Of a stretch of 30,240 nt of DNA, positions 10,901 through 18,911 are shown piece after piece; within the stretch, counting starts at the first letter, position 1; each line of letters opens with the position of its first letter. Source of the DNA: Pedosphaera sp. (GTDB lineage Bacteria > Verrucomicrobiota > Verrucomicrobiia > Limisphaerales > SIBH01); assembly GCA_031414955.1 (NCBI GenBank), contig JANOQV010000047.1:1-30240 (forward strand), written 5' to 3'. A program made the translations under genes and the position numbers. The notes under the pieces are model-generated. The model saw nothing but the letters and a program-made list of their open reading frames with translations. It was not told where the DNA came from and did no database searches.

Positions 10901-13900
10901 TCGCACCGTCACCCTCACGCCCATCCCGGAGGCTTACGGCATCGCGACCATCACGTTGCGGGCGAGCGACGGCACGAACACCACGAGCACGAACTTCCTG
11001 CTCATCGTGAATCCTTACAACGATCCGCCCACCATCACCGGCGTGGCGAATCAGATCATCAACGAGGACGGGGCAACGGGTCTGCTGGGTTTTCTCGTGG
11101 GCGACATCGAGACGCCGGTGAATCTACTCACCTTGTCCGGCGGTTCCTCGAATCCGGCGCTGGTGCCGACGAACAACATCGTTTTCGGTGGCTCGGGATC
11201 GAGCCGGACCGTGACGGTGACGCCGGTGGCGAATGGTTACGGCGTGGCGACTGTTTTCCTGACTGTCTCCGATGGAACCAACTTTGTGAGCACGAATTTC
11301 CTGCTCACGGTCACCCCGGTGAACGATGCGCCCGGGATTGCCGGGGTGCCGGTTTTTCTGAGCATCGCCGAGGATACCTCGACCGGGCCGTTGAGTTTCA
11401 ACGTGGGCGATCTGGAAACGTCCGCCGCACTCCTGACCCTGGGCGCGGAAACGACCGACCCGGCGTTGGTGCCCACGAACAACATTGTCTTCGGCGGCTC
11501 CGGCTCGAATCGCACCATGACGGTGACGCCCGCGCCGAACGCCTACGGGACCGTCATCCTCACGATGTTGGTCAGCGACGGGACGAACAGCAGCAACGCC
11601 GAACTCATCATCGATTTCACCCCGGTCAACGACGCGCCGGGCCTCAGCAGCGTGGCGGGTCAGACGATTGACGAGGACACCACGACCGGCCTGCTCGGCT
11701 TCATCGTTGGGGACGTGGAGACGGCGGCGGCCAGCCTGACCGTGGCCGGCGCTTCCTCGAATCCCGCCCTGGTGCCGACGAACAACATCGTCTTGGGCGG
11801 CTCGGGATCGAATCGCACCGTGACCGTGACGCCGCTGCTTAACACCCACGGCACGGCCACGATTTCCCTGATCTTGAACGACGGGACGAACAGCACGACC
11901 ACGAACTTTGTGCTGACGGTGAATCCGGTGAACGACGGGCCGGCGCTGACTGGGGTTGCGGCCCAAGTCATCAACGAGGATGGAGCAACGGCGGCCTTGG
12001 GTCTTACGGTCGGCGACGTCGAGACCTCGGCGTTGAGCCTCGCCATGATCGGCGGCTCCTCGAATCCGGCGCTGGTGCCGACGAACAACATTGTGTTCGG
12101 CGGCAGTGGCAGCGACCGCACCGTCACGGTCACGCCTGCGCCCGACGCCAACGGCTCGGCCACCATTTTTCTGACCGTGGGCGACGGAACGAACAGCACC
12201 ACCACGAACTTCTTGCTGACGGTGAATCCGGTGAACGACGCACCCACGCTCACGGGCGTGGCGGAGCAGACAATTGCCGAAGATGGGGCGACGGCGGCGT
12301 TGAGTTTCACGGTGGGCGATGTCGAGACCTCGGCGTTGAGCCTCGCCATGATCGGCGGTTCCTCGAATCCAGCCCTGGTGCCGACCAACAACATTGTCTT
12401 GGGCGGCAGCGGGAGCAGCCGGACGGTTGTCGTCACGCCCGCCCCGGATGCCAACGGGACGGCCATCATATTCCTGACCGTGGGCGATGGCACCAACACC
12501 ACGACGACGAGTTTTTCGCTGATCGTCAACCCGGTGAATGACGCGCCCGCTCTGGCCGGTGTGCCCGCGCAGAGCATCGACGAGGATGGCACAACCGGGC
12601 CATTGAACGTCACCGTGAGCGACGTGGAGACGCTGGCGGGGAATCTGACCCTGAGCAGTGTTTCCTCCAACCCGGCCTTGGTGCCCACGAACAACATTGT
12701 CTTCGGGGGCGGCGCTGGCAGCCGGACCGTGACGTTGACGCCGCTGGCGAACGCTTATGGCACCGCCACGATCACCCTGACGGTGAAGGACGGCACGAAC
12801 AGCACGAGCACGAACTTCGTGTTGAGCGTAAACCCGGTGAACGACGCGCCGACCATCAGCGTGATTGAAGATCAGTTCATCAACGAGGATACGGGTGCGG
12901 GACCGTTGAGCTTCTCCATCGGCGATTTGGAGAGCTCGGCCGCGAACTTGATTCTGGTTCGTGGCTCGGACAATCCGGCCCTGGTGCCGACGAACAATAT
13001 CGTGGTGAGCGGTTCCGGATCGAACCGCACGGTGACCGTGACACCGGCGCCGAACGGGGAAGGCGTGGCGATCATCGCCCTGACGGTGAGCGACGGAACC
13101 AACGCGGTCTCGGTCCAGTTCTTCCTCATCGTGGATCCAGTGAATGACGCGCCCACCCTCACAGGGGTCACGGATCAGGCGGTTGCCGAAGACACGGCCA
13201 CGGCTCCGCTGGTCTTCGTCATCGGTGACATCGAGACCTCGGCGACGGGGTTGGTGTTGAACCGCGGTTCTTCCAATCCGGCGCTGGTGCCGACGAACAA
13301 CATTGTCTTTGGCGGCTCCGGCTCGAACCGCACGGTGACGGTGACGCCGGCCCTGAACGCGCACGGCACGGCGATCCTGACGCTGACGGTGGGCGACGGC
13401 GCGTTGAGCGTGAGCACAAACTTTATCCTGACCGTGGACCCGGTGAACGATGTGCCTGTCATTGTGGGCGCCGGTGACCAAGCCACGAGCGAGAACACCA
13501 CCGTCGGGCCGTTGAGTTTCACGGTGGGCGACGTGGAAACAGAGGCCGGCGAACTGCTGGTCTTCGCGGTTTCGAGCAACCCGGAACTCGTGGCCCCGGA
13601 GGGGATCGTCCTCGGCGGTTTCGACGCCCTCCGCACGCTGACGGTGACGCCTCTGTCCAATCAACTTGGCACCGCCTCGATCGAATTGATGGTTTTTGAC
13701 GGCACCAACAGCTTCAGCACCAACTTTGTCCTCATGGTATTCCCGACGAATTTCGCGCCCACCATCACGGGCGTCGCCGATCAGATCATCAACGAGGACA
13801 TGGACACGGGCGCATTGAGTTTCAGCGTCGGAGACGTGGAGACGGCCGTGGGCAGCCTCAGCCTGAGTGGTGAATGCTCGGACACCAACCTGGTTCCGGC

Positions 13901-15383
13901 CGGTAACATTTTGTTTGGCGGCAGCGGGGCGAATCGCACGGTCACGGTGATTCCCGCGCCGAATGCGAACGGCTTCGCAACCATCACGCTGACGGTGAAC
14001 GACGGGACGAAGACGGCGAGCACGAACTTCCTGCTCCTGGTGGATCCGGTGGACGACCTGCCGACCGTGTCGGCGATGAGTGATCAGATGATCACTGAGG
14101 AACTGATTTTCTGCGGTTGTATCTCCGCCACGGCCCATTTCACCGTCCAGGATCCGGATGGCGCGGAGACGCTGACCGTCAGCGCCTCGTCTTCCAACCC
14201 GGCCCTCGTGCCCCAGGCCAATTTTTATCACGGCGGCATCGGCATCGAGCGGCTGGTGCGGGTGACGCCGCTGACGAACACCAGCGGCAGCGCCATCATC
14301 ACCGTGACGGTGAGCGACGGGCTGCACGACGTGAGCACGAATTTCCTGTTCACCATGACGGCGGCGAATTTTCCTCCGAGCCTGAGCGCCATCGGTGATC
14401 AGGCGATCAATCAGGGTGCCTCGACCGGGCCGTTGAACTTCACCGTGAGCGATCCGGAAACGCCTGCTGCCAGTCTGATTGTGAGCGGTGTTTCGTCGAA
14501 TCCCACCCTGGTGCCCTCGAACAACATCGTGTTTGGCGGCAGCGGCGCGAACCGCACCGTGACGGTGACTCCGGCGGCTGGGCAGTCGGGCATTGGTGCC
14601 ATTACGATCCAGGTGAGCGACGGGGTGCGGGTCACGAGCACAGTCTTCGATCTGGGCGTGAGTTCTCCGCTCCTGCAAACCCGGTTGATGACCAACACCA
14701 CGGTGCTGACGGTGGCCGATGCCGGGGTGGCGTCGCTTTATCCGTCGGTTATCAACGTGAGCGGGATTCTCGGGGTTATTGAGAACGTCGAGATCACGTT
14801 GCGCAACATGACCCACCCGCAGGTGGCCGACCTTGATGTTCTGCTGGTGTCGCCGGGCGGGCCAACGGTGGTGGTTTGCTCGGACGCCGGCTCGGGCGGG
14901 GTCTCCGGCGTGACTTTGACCCTTTCCGATTTCGCCGCGAATTCGTTGCCGCAAGCGGCCCTGGCCTCTGGTTTCTACCGGCCCACGGACTACAGCCAGG
15001 GCGATCCTTTCCCGGCCCCGGCCCCGGTCGGTCCACGCGGGACGACGATGTCCACTTTCAAAGGTTACTCGCCCAATGGAGTCTGGGCGCTTTATGTGCG
15101 CGACGATGCGTCCGGCCAGCAGGGCGGCATCAATGGTGGATGGAGCCTGAAGATCACGAGCGTATTTAGTTCCTTCAACCTGCAGGGTTTCACCACCAAC
15201 GGCGGGGCCGTGCTGCTGCTCCAAGGTTCACCTTCCCAAGCCTTCCTCATCGAGGCGTCAGAGGATCTGTTGACTTGGGAGGTGCTGGACGAGATTCAGC
15301 CGGCGAACGGCAGTTTCACTTTCGTGGATGCCACGGCTTGGTCGCACGGCTCAAGGTTTTATCGCGCCAGGCCGACTCCTTGA
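7944..15383 (+). CDS. Giant secreted adhesin-like protein: P-domain, 20 cadherin-like (tandem-95/Big-type) repeats, P-domain, C-terminal sorting-like domain
   Basis: Likely start is ATG 7944, with AGGTG upstream; GTG 7992 is an alternative. Signal peptide ...RWGFLLIVGFALWAARPAVGA|T. There are 20 repeats with NED/VNDAP Ca-binding-type motifs and P-domains at about 8095-8585 and 14690-15160. The protein ends RFYRARPTP. Confidence 0.85.
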   Translation: MNLDGSTGSARAVWGDVAVKSSVRWGFLLIVGFALWAARPAVGATLATNTVSITNSTLIALTNTAGNVPANPYPSVISFSNVIGQVSNVTVSLRNLTHAWTRDIDILLVAPDGRKVLLMSDAGNGGATAVTLTLDDSAPTALPLLQMTTGTFRPADYAPTEIFPAPAPASPYSNTLAALKGQSANGVWTLYVMDDGANDIGNIVGGWSLTLTVVTDGTERPAISTVADQTIPEDGTTGPLSFTVADSDTPLASLVLAGGSSNPVLVPTNNIVFSGSGSNRTVTVTPAPNVHGTATITLFVTDGNTATNSIFLLTVNPVNDTPTLTGVADQVINEDGTTGPLNFTIGDVETAAASLALSPGSSNPALVPTGNIVFGGSGSNRTVTVTPVPNAFGSALITLTVSDGTNSAGTNFLVTVNPVNDAPTITGVADQNINEDGATGLLNFTIGDLETPAASLAVSAGSSNPTLVPTNNIVFGGAGSSRTVTVTPAANTHGTAIIFLSVSDGAIVTTTNFLLIVNPVNDAPTITGVPDQSINEDASTAVLPFVVGDLETPAAGLIVSGGSSNPTLVPTNNVVFGGSGANRTVTVTPATNAFGTAIITLFVSDGTNLVSTNFLLTVNPVNDAPTLTGVGDQSINEDTATAALGFQVEDLETPAGSLTLSSASSNPALVPTNSIGFGGSGGNRTVTLTPLTNAHGTATITLTVSDGANSTSTDFVLTVNPVNDAPTIATVVDQVVNEDAATALLGFTVGDIETAAGSLVMSGGSSNPALVPTNNIVLGGSGASRTVVVTPAANAHGSAAIFLTVSDGTNSTTTNFVLTVTPVNDAPTMTGIANQSINEDTPTAPLGFQIGDVETPADQLILSRGSSNPALVPTNNIFFGGSASNRTVTVTPALNQHGTAVITLTVSDGTNSAITNFVLTVNPVNDAPSITGVPDQSIIESQTAGPLSFTVGDVETAAGGLTLSSVSSDPLLIPTNSIVFGGSGSNRTVTLTPIPEAYGIATITLRASDGTNTTSTNFLLIVNPYNDPPTITGVANQIINEDGATGLLGFLVGDIETPVNLLTLSGGSSNPALVPTNNIVFGGSGSSRTVTVTPVANGYGVATVFLTVSDGTNFVSTNFLLTVTPVNDAPGIAGVPVFLSIAEDTSTGPLSFNVGDLETSAALLTLGAETTDPALVPTNNIVFGGSGSNRTMTVTPAPNAYGTVILTMLVSDGTNSSNAELIIDFTPVNDAPGLSSVAGQTIDEDTTTGLLGFIVGDVETAAASLTVAGASSNPALVPTNNIVLGGSGSNRTVTVTPLLNTHGTATISLILNDGTNSTTTNFVLTVNPVNDGPALTGVAAQVINEDGATAALGLTVGDVETSALSLAMIGGSSNPALVPTNNIVFGGSGSDRTVTVTPAPDANGSATIFLTVGDGTNSTTTNFLLTVNPVNDAPTLTGVAEQTIAEDGATAALSFTVGDVETSALSLAMIGGSSNPALVPTNNIVLGGSGSSRTVVVTPAPDANGTAIIFLTVGDGTNTTTTSFSLIVNPVNDAPALAGVPAQSIDEDGTTGPLNVTVSDVETLAGNLTLSSVSSNPALVPTNNIVFGGGAGSRTVTLTPLANAYGTATITLTVKDGTNSTSTNFVLSVNPVNDAPTISVIEDQFINEDTGAGPLSFSIGDLESSAANLILVRGSDNPALVPTNNIVVSGSGSNRTVTVTPAPNGEGVAIIALTVSDGTNAVSVQFFLIVDPVNDAPTLTGVTDQAVAEDTATAPLVFVIGDIETSATGLVLNRGSSNPALVPTNNIVFGGSGSNRTVTVTPALNAHGTAILTLTVGDGALSVSTNFILTVDPVNDVPVIVGAGDQATSENTTVGPLSFTVGDVETEAGELLVFAVSSNPELVAPEGIVLGGFDALRTLTVTPLSNQLGTASIELMVFDGTNSFSTNFVLMVFPTNFAPTITGVADQIINEDMDTGALSFSVGDVETAVGSLSLSGECSDTNLVPAGNILFGGSGANRTVTVIPAPNANGFATITLTVNDGTKTASTNFLLLVDPVDDLPTVSAMSDQMITEELIFCGCISATAHFTVQDPDGAETLTVSASSSNPALVPQANFYHGGIGIERLVRVTPLTNTSGSAIITVTVSDGLHDVSTNFLFTMTAANFPPSLSAIGDQAINQGASTGPLNFTVSDPETPAASLIVSGVSSNPTLVPSNNIVFGGSGANRTVTVTPAAGQSGIGAITIQVSDGVRVTSTVFDLGVSSPLLQTRLMTNTTVLTVADAGVASLYPSVINVSGILGVIENVEITLRNMTHPQVADLDVLLVSPGGPTVVVCSDAGSGGVSGVTLTLSDFAANSLPQAALASGFYRPTDYSQGDPFPAPAPVGPRGTTMSTFKGYSPNGVWALYVRDDASGQQGGINGGWSLKITSVFSSFNLQGFTTNGGAVLLLQGSPSQAFLIEASEDLLTWEVLDEIQPANGSFTFVDATAWSHGSRFYRARPTP
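8600..14660 (+). repeat. 20 x 303-nt tandem coding repeat
   Basis: The gtgaacgacgcgcc (VNDAP) boundary recurs every 303 nt (8896, 9199, 9502, 9805...). Twenty units were counted in the translation. Confidence 0.9.
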
Positions 15384-15401
15384 GGGGGCGCGAGGCAGGA
15401 T

Positions 15402-15431
15402 TTGCAACTTGGGCCGGGTTCGGGCCAAGCT
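15402..15431 (+). promoter_or_regulatory. Possible sigma70-type promoter for the sugar cassette
   Basis: TTGCAA-N18-CAAGCT, ending 20 nt upstream of ATG 15452. The -10 match is weak. Confidence 0.25.
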
Positions 15432-15451
15432 TCACAACATCGAAACGAGAT

Positions 15452-16015
15452 ATGATATTCACTGAAACCAAACTGAAAGGCGCGTTCATCATCGACCTCG
15501 AGCGCCGGGAGGATTCGCGCGGCTTCTTCGCGCGGGCCTTCTGCCAGAACGAGTTCCAGGCCCACGGCCTCAAGCCGGTCATCGCCCAGGCCAACCTCGC
15601 CCACAACAAGCTCAAGGGCACGGTGCGCGGGATGCACTTTCAGTTTCCGCCCGCCGCCGAGACCAAGGTGGTGCGCTGCACACGCGGCGCGATCCTCGAC
15701 ATCATCGTGGATTTGCGGCCCGAGAGTCCCACCTTCCTCCAGCACATCGAGGTGGAGTTGAACGCGGACAACCAGCGCGCCCTGTATGTGCCGGAGCGTT
15801 TCGCGCACGGCTATCAGGCGCTGCGCGATAACACGGACACGAGCTACCAGGTCGGCGAGTTTTACACGCCGGGCTGCGAGGGCGGCCTGATGTACAACGA
15901 TCCGGGCCTCGGACTGAAGTGGCCGCTGCCGCTCTCGGTGATTTCCGACAAGGACCAGGCCTGGAAGTCCTTCCAGGAGGTTGAGGCCGAGATCCGCCAG
16001 CGGATGAAGATTTGA
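15452..16015 (+). CDS. rfbC: NDP-4-keto-hexose 3,5-epimerase (RmlC/RfbC family)
   Basis: Starts MIFTETKLKGAFII. Motifs DSRGFF, GTVRGMH, ETKVVRC, FAHGY and NDP.LGLKWP, with ISDKD near the end. The ORF-track start at 15275 overlaps the previous gene. Confidence 0.9.
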   Translation: MIFTETKLKGAFIIDLERREDSRGFFARAFCQNEFQAHGLKPVIAQANLAHNKLKGTVRGMHFQFPPAAETKVVRCTRGAILDIIVDLRPESPTFLQHIEVELNADNQRALYVPERFAHGYQALRDNTDTSYQVGEFYTPGCEGGLMYNDPGLGLKWPLPLSVISDKDQAWKSFQEVEAEIRQRMKI

Positions 16016-16047
16016 AACGTCGCACGCCAACGAACTGAGGAACGAAC

Positions 16048-17424
16048 ATGATACTTGTCGATAACGCATTGAAGGCCCGCGCGGAGCAGGGCAAACCCAT
16101 CCGTGTCGGTCTGCTCGGCTCCGGCTTCATGGGGCAGGGCTTCACCAACATGGTCGTGAACAGCGTGCCGGGCATGAAGCTCGTCGCCATCTACGGCCGC
16201 AAAATCGAGCGCGCCCGCGGCATCTTCGAATACGCCGGCCTCAAGGACATCGTGGAGGTCACGAAACAGTCCGCGCTGGAGGACGCCATTTGCGCCGGCC
16301 AGCCGGTCATCACGCAGGACGCCTTCCTGCTCGCGCGCTCGGAAAACATCGATCTCATTGTCGATGTCACCGGGGCCGTGGATTTTGGCGCCCAGGTGCT
16401 GCTCGAAGCTTTCAAGCACAAGAAGGATGTGGTGCTGGTCAACGCCGAGATCGACGCGACCATCGGGCCGATTCTCCAGACCTACGCCGCGAAGCACGGC
16501 TGCATTCTTTCCGCCTGCGAAGGCGATGAGCCGGGCGTGCAGATCAATTTGTATCGCTGGGTGAAGGGCCTGGGCCTGACGCCGCGCGTGATGGGCAACG
16601 TGAAGGGCTTGCAGGATCCGTATCGCAATCCGACCACGCAAAAGGGCTGGGCCGACAAGTGGGGGCAAAATGCCGCGATGGTGACGAGCTTTGCCGACGG
16701 ATCGAAGATCAGCTTCGAGCAGGCCATTGTCGCCAATGCCACCGGCTTCGTCGTGAAGTCGCGCGGCATGTCGCGCGGTCTCGAATACAAGGACGACGTG
16801 ATGAAGATCGGCAAAATCTACGACATCGACGAAGTGCGCCGCCTGGGCGGCATCATTGATTACGTCGTGGGCACGCCGCTGACCAAGGTCTATTGCCTGG
16901 CCGAGCACACGGACCCGAAGCAGCAGCATTACCTGAATCTCTACAAGATGGGCGAAGGCCCGCTCTATTCGTTCTTCATTCCGTATCACCTGGTTCACTT
17001 CGAGTTTCACAATGCGGTGGCGCGCGTGGCGTTGTTCCGCGATTCCGTGGCCAAGCCGCTCGGCGGGCCGGTGGTGGAAGTGTGCGCCGTCGCCAAGCGC
17101 GACTTGCAGACCGGGGAAGTTCTCGACGCCTACGGCATGTACATGACCTACGGCGAGGCCGTGAATGTCGGCGAGATGAGCAGTCAACGCCTGTTGCCCG
17201 AGGGACTTGTTGAAGGCTGCAAGCTCAAGCGCGCCATCAAAAAGGACGACGTTCTTACCTACGACGACGTGGAGTTGCCGCCGAACCGGTTGGCGGATCA
17301 ACTTCGCGCCGAGCAGTACCGCCATTTCCGTGGCGAGACCTGGCTGGAGGATTGGCTCGCCGCCGGTGGAGGACGGCAACAGGCTCCATCTACGCCTCGT
17401 CGTCCGGAACCGGTTCCGGCCTAA
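16048..17424 (+). CDS. NAD(P)-dependent oxidoreductase with C-terminal SAF domain (homoserine dehydrogenase-like, COG4091/StrU-like)
   Basis: Rossmann motif GLLGSGFMG; GDEPG and SFADGSKISFEQAIVANATG. SAF motifs AVAKRDLQTGEVLD...LPEGLVEGCKLKRAIKKDDVLTYDDV. RBS gagg upstream. Confidence 0.85.
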   Translation: MILVDNALKARAEQGKPIRVGLLGSGFMGQGFTNMVVNSVPGMKLVAIYGRKIERARGIFEYAGLKDIVEVTKQSALEDAICAGQPVITQDAFLLARSENIDLIVDVTGAVDFGAQVLLEAFKHKKDVVLVNAEIDATIGPILQTYAAKHGCILSACEGDEPGVQINLYRWVKGLGLTPRVMGNVKGLQDPYRNPTTQKGWADKWGQNAAMVTSFADGSKISFEQAIVANATGFVVKSRGMSRGLEYKDDVMKIGKIYDIDEVRRLGGIIDYVVGTPLTKVYCLAEHTDPKQQHYLNLYKMGEGPLYSFFIPYHLVHFEFHNAVARVALFRDSVAKPLGGPVVEVCAVAKRDLQTGEVLDAYGMYMTYGEAVNVGEMSSQRLLPEGLVEGCKLKRAIKKDDVLTYDDVELPPNRLADQLRAEQYRHFRGETWLEDWLAAGGGRQQAPSTPRRPEPVPA

Positions 17425-17454
17425 GCTGCCGGCGATCGTCGTGACTCGAACATT

Positions 17455-18252
17455 ATGAAAGTAGTTCTCTTCTGTGGCGGTTTTGGGATGCGCATGCGCG
17501 AGTACTCGGAAGCCGTGCCCAAGCCCATGGTGCCCATCGGCTACCGGCCGATTCTCTGGCACGTCATGAAGTATTACGCCCACTACGGCCACAAGGACTT
17601 CATTCTCTGCCTCGGCTACAAGGCCGATGTGATCAAGAACTACTTCCTCCAGTACGACGAGTGCCTCTCGAATGACTTCGTGCTCTCGAAGGGCGGCAAA
17701 GGCGTGAAGTTGCTGGCCTCGGACATTCAGGACTGGCGCATCACGTTCGTCGATACCGGCCTGACCTCGAACGTCGGCATGCGCCTCAAGGCCGTGCAAC
17801 AGCATCTCAAGGGCGAGAAGTACTTCCTCGCGAATTACAGCGACGGCCTCTCCGACGTGCCGCTGCCCAAGGTCATCAACGACTTCAAGCGCTCGGGCAA
17901 GACAGCCACCTTCGTCGGCGTGAAACCCAAGGCCACGTTCCATCTCGTGGATGCGGATACCAACGGACTCGTGAAAAGCATCGCCCATGTCCGCAGCGGG
18001 GATGCGCGCATCAACGGCGGCTTCTTCGTCTTCAAGCAGGAGATTTTCGATTACATGAAGGACGGCGAAGAGCTCGTCGAGCAACCGTTCCACCGCCTTA
18101 TCGCCGAGAAGAAGCTGCTTTCCTACAAGCACGACGGCTTCTGGGGCTGCATGGACACCTTCAAGGAAAAGCAGGAGTTGGACGACATCTTCGGTCGCGG
18201 CGTGGCGCCGTGGGTCGTGTGGCGGGGCCACGGGGAAGGGAACGGCAAATGA
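17455..18252 (+). CDS. rfbF: Glucose-1-phosphate cytidylyltransferase
   Basis: MKVVLFCGGFGMRMRE...PKPMVPIG.RPILWHVMKYY; DFILCLGYK, VDTG, INGGFFV, HDGFWGCMDTFKE. Confidence 0.9.
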   Translation: MKVVLFCGGFGMRMREYSEAVPKPMVPIGYRPILWHVMKYYAHYGHKDFILCLGYKADVIKNYFLQYDECLSNDFVLSKGGKGVKLLASDIQDWRITFVDTGLTSNVGMRLKAVQQHLKGEKYFLANYSDGLSDVPLPKVINDFKRSGKTATFVGVKPKATFHLVDADTNGLVKSIAHVRSGDARINGGFFVFKQEIFDYMKDGEELVEQPFHRLIAEKKLLSYKHDGFWGCMDTFKEKQELDDIFGRGVAPWVVWRGHGEGNGK

Positions 18253-18902
18253 TTCAGTTCGAACTGGGCCGCGTCAAAAAAGTCCTCTGCCTCGGCGCGC
18301 ATTCCGACGACATAGAGATCGGCTGCGGCGGGGCCATCCTGAAAATTATCAAAGAGTGTCCGGACGTCGAAATCCTCTGGGTTGTCTTCGGGGCCACGGG
18401 CGAGCAGCGCATCAAGGAGGCCAGGGCCAGCGCGGAATCTTTCCTCAAGGGCGTGCAGCGGAAAAAGATTATCATCAAGTCTTTCCGTGACGGTTTCTTC
18501 CCATTCGTCGGCGATCAGATCAAGGATGTGTTTGAGGAGATCAAAAAGGAGTTCGTCCCCGATCTGGTCTTCACTCATTACAAGGACGACGCGCATCAAG
18601 ATCATCGGATGCTCGCGCAACTCGCCTGGAACACCTGGCGCAATCATTTCATCCTCGAATACGAGATTCCGAAGTACGACGGCGACCTTGGGCGGGCCAA
18701 CGCCTTCATCCCCGTCAGCCGCGTCCTGGCCGACCGGAAGGTGAAGTGCCTGATGAAATTTTTTGCCACCCAGCGCAACAAGCACTGGTTCACGCCGGAC
18801 TTGTTTTACTCGTTGATGCGCCTGCGCGGCATGGAGAGCAACGCCGCGAGCACTTACGCGGAAGGGTTTTACTGCCGCAAGGTGGTTCTGGGCGCGGCCT
18901 GA
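18249..18902 (+). CDS. PIG-L/LmbE family deacetylase
   Basis: ATGA overlap with the rfbF stop. Metal motifs GAHSDDIEIG and DAHQDH; YEIPKYDGDLG. Confidence 0.85.
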   Translation: MIQFELGRVKKVLCLGAHSDDIEIGCGGAILKIIKECPDVEILWVVFGATGEQRIKEARASAESFLKGVQRKKIIIKSFRDGFFPFVGDQIKDVFEEIKKEFVPDLVFTHYKDDAHQDHRMLAQLAWNTWRNHFILEYEIPKYDGDLGRANAFIPVSRVLADRKVKCLMKFFATQRNKHWFTPDLFYSLMRLRGMESNAASTYAEGFYCRKVVLGAA

Positions 18903-18911
18903 AAGTTTCAG

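Noticed and set aside
8600..14660. Regular 303-nt periodicity as a possible CRISPR or non-coding array
   Set aside because: The repeats are in-frame protein domains with variation at synonymous positions. There is no repeat-spacer structure and no cas gene.
3220..15160. Diversity-generating retroelement acting on the repeat proteins
   Set aside because: There is no reverse transcriptase, and differences between similar repeats are not confined to adenines.
11124..15224. 1366-aa antisense ORF (also 2755-5871, 8682-10634, 15862-18231, 18123-20678 and others)
   Set aside because: These are shadow frames of high-GC coding sequence, rich in R, H and G, with no motifs. The strong codon bias of the sense genes explains the lack of stops.
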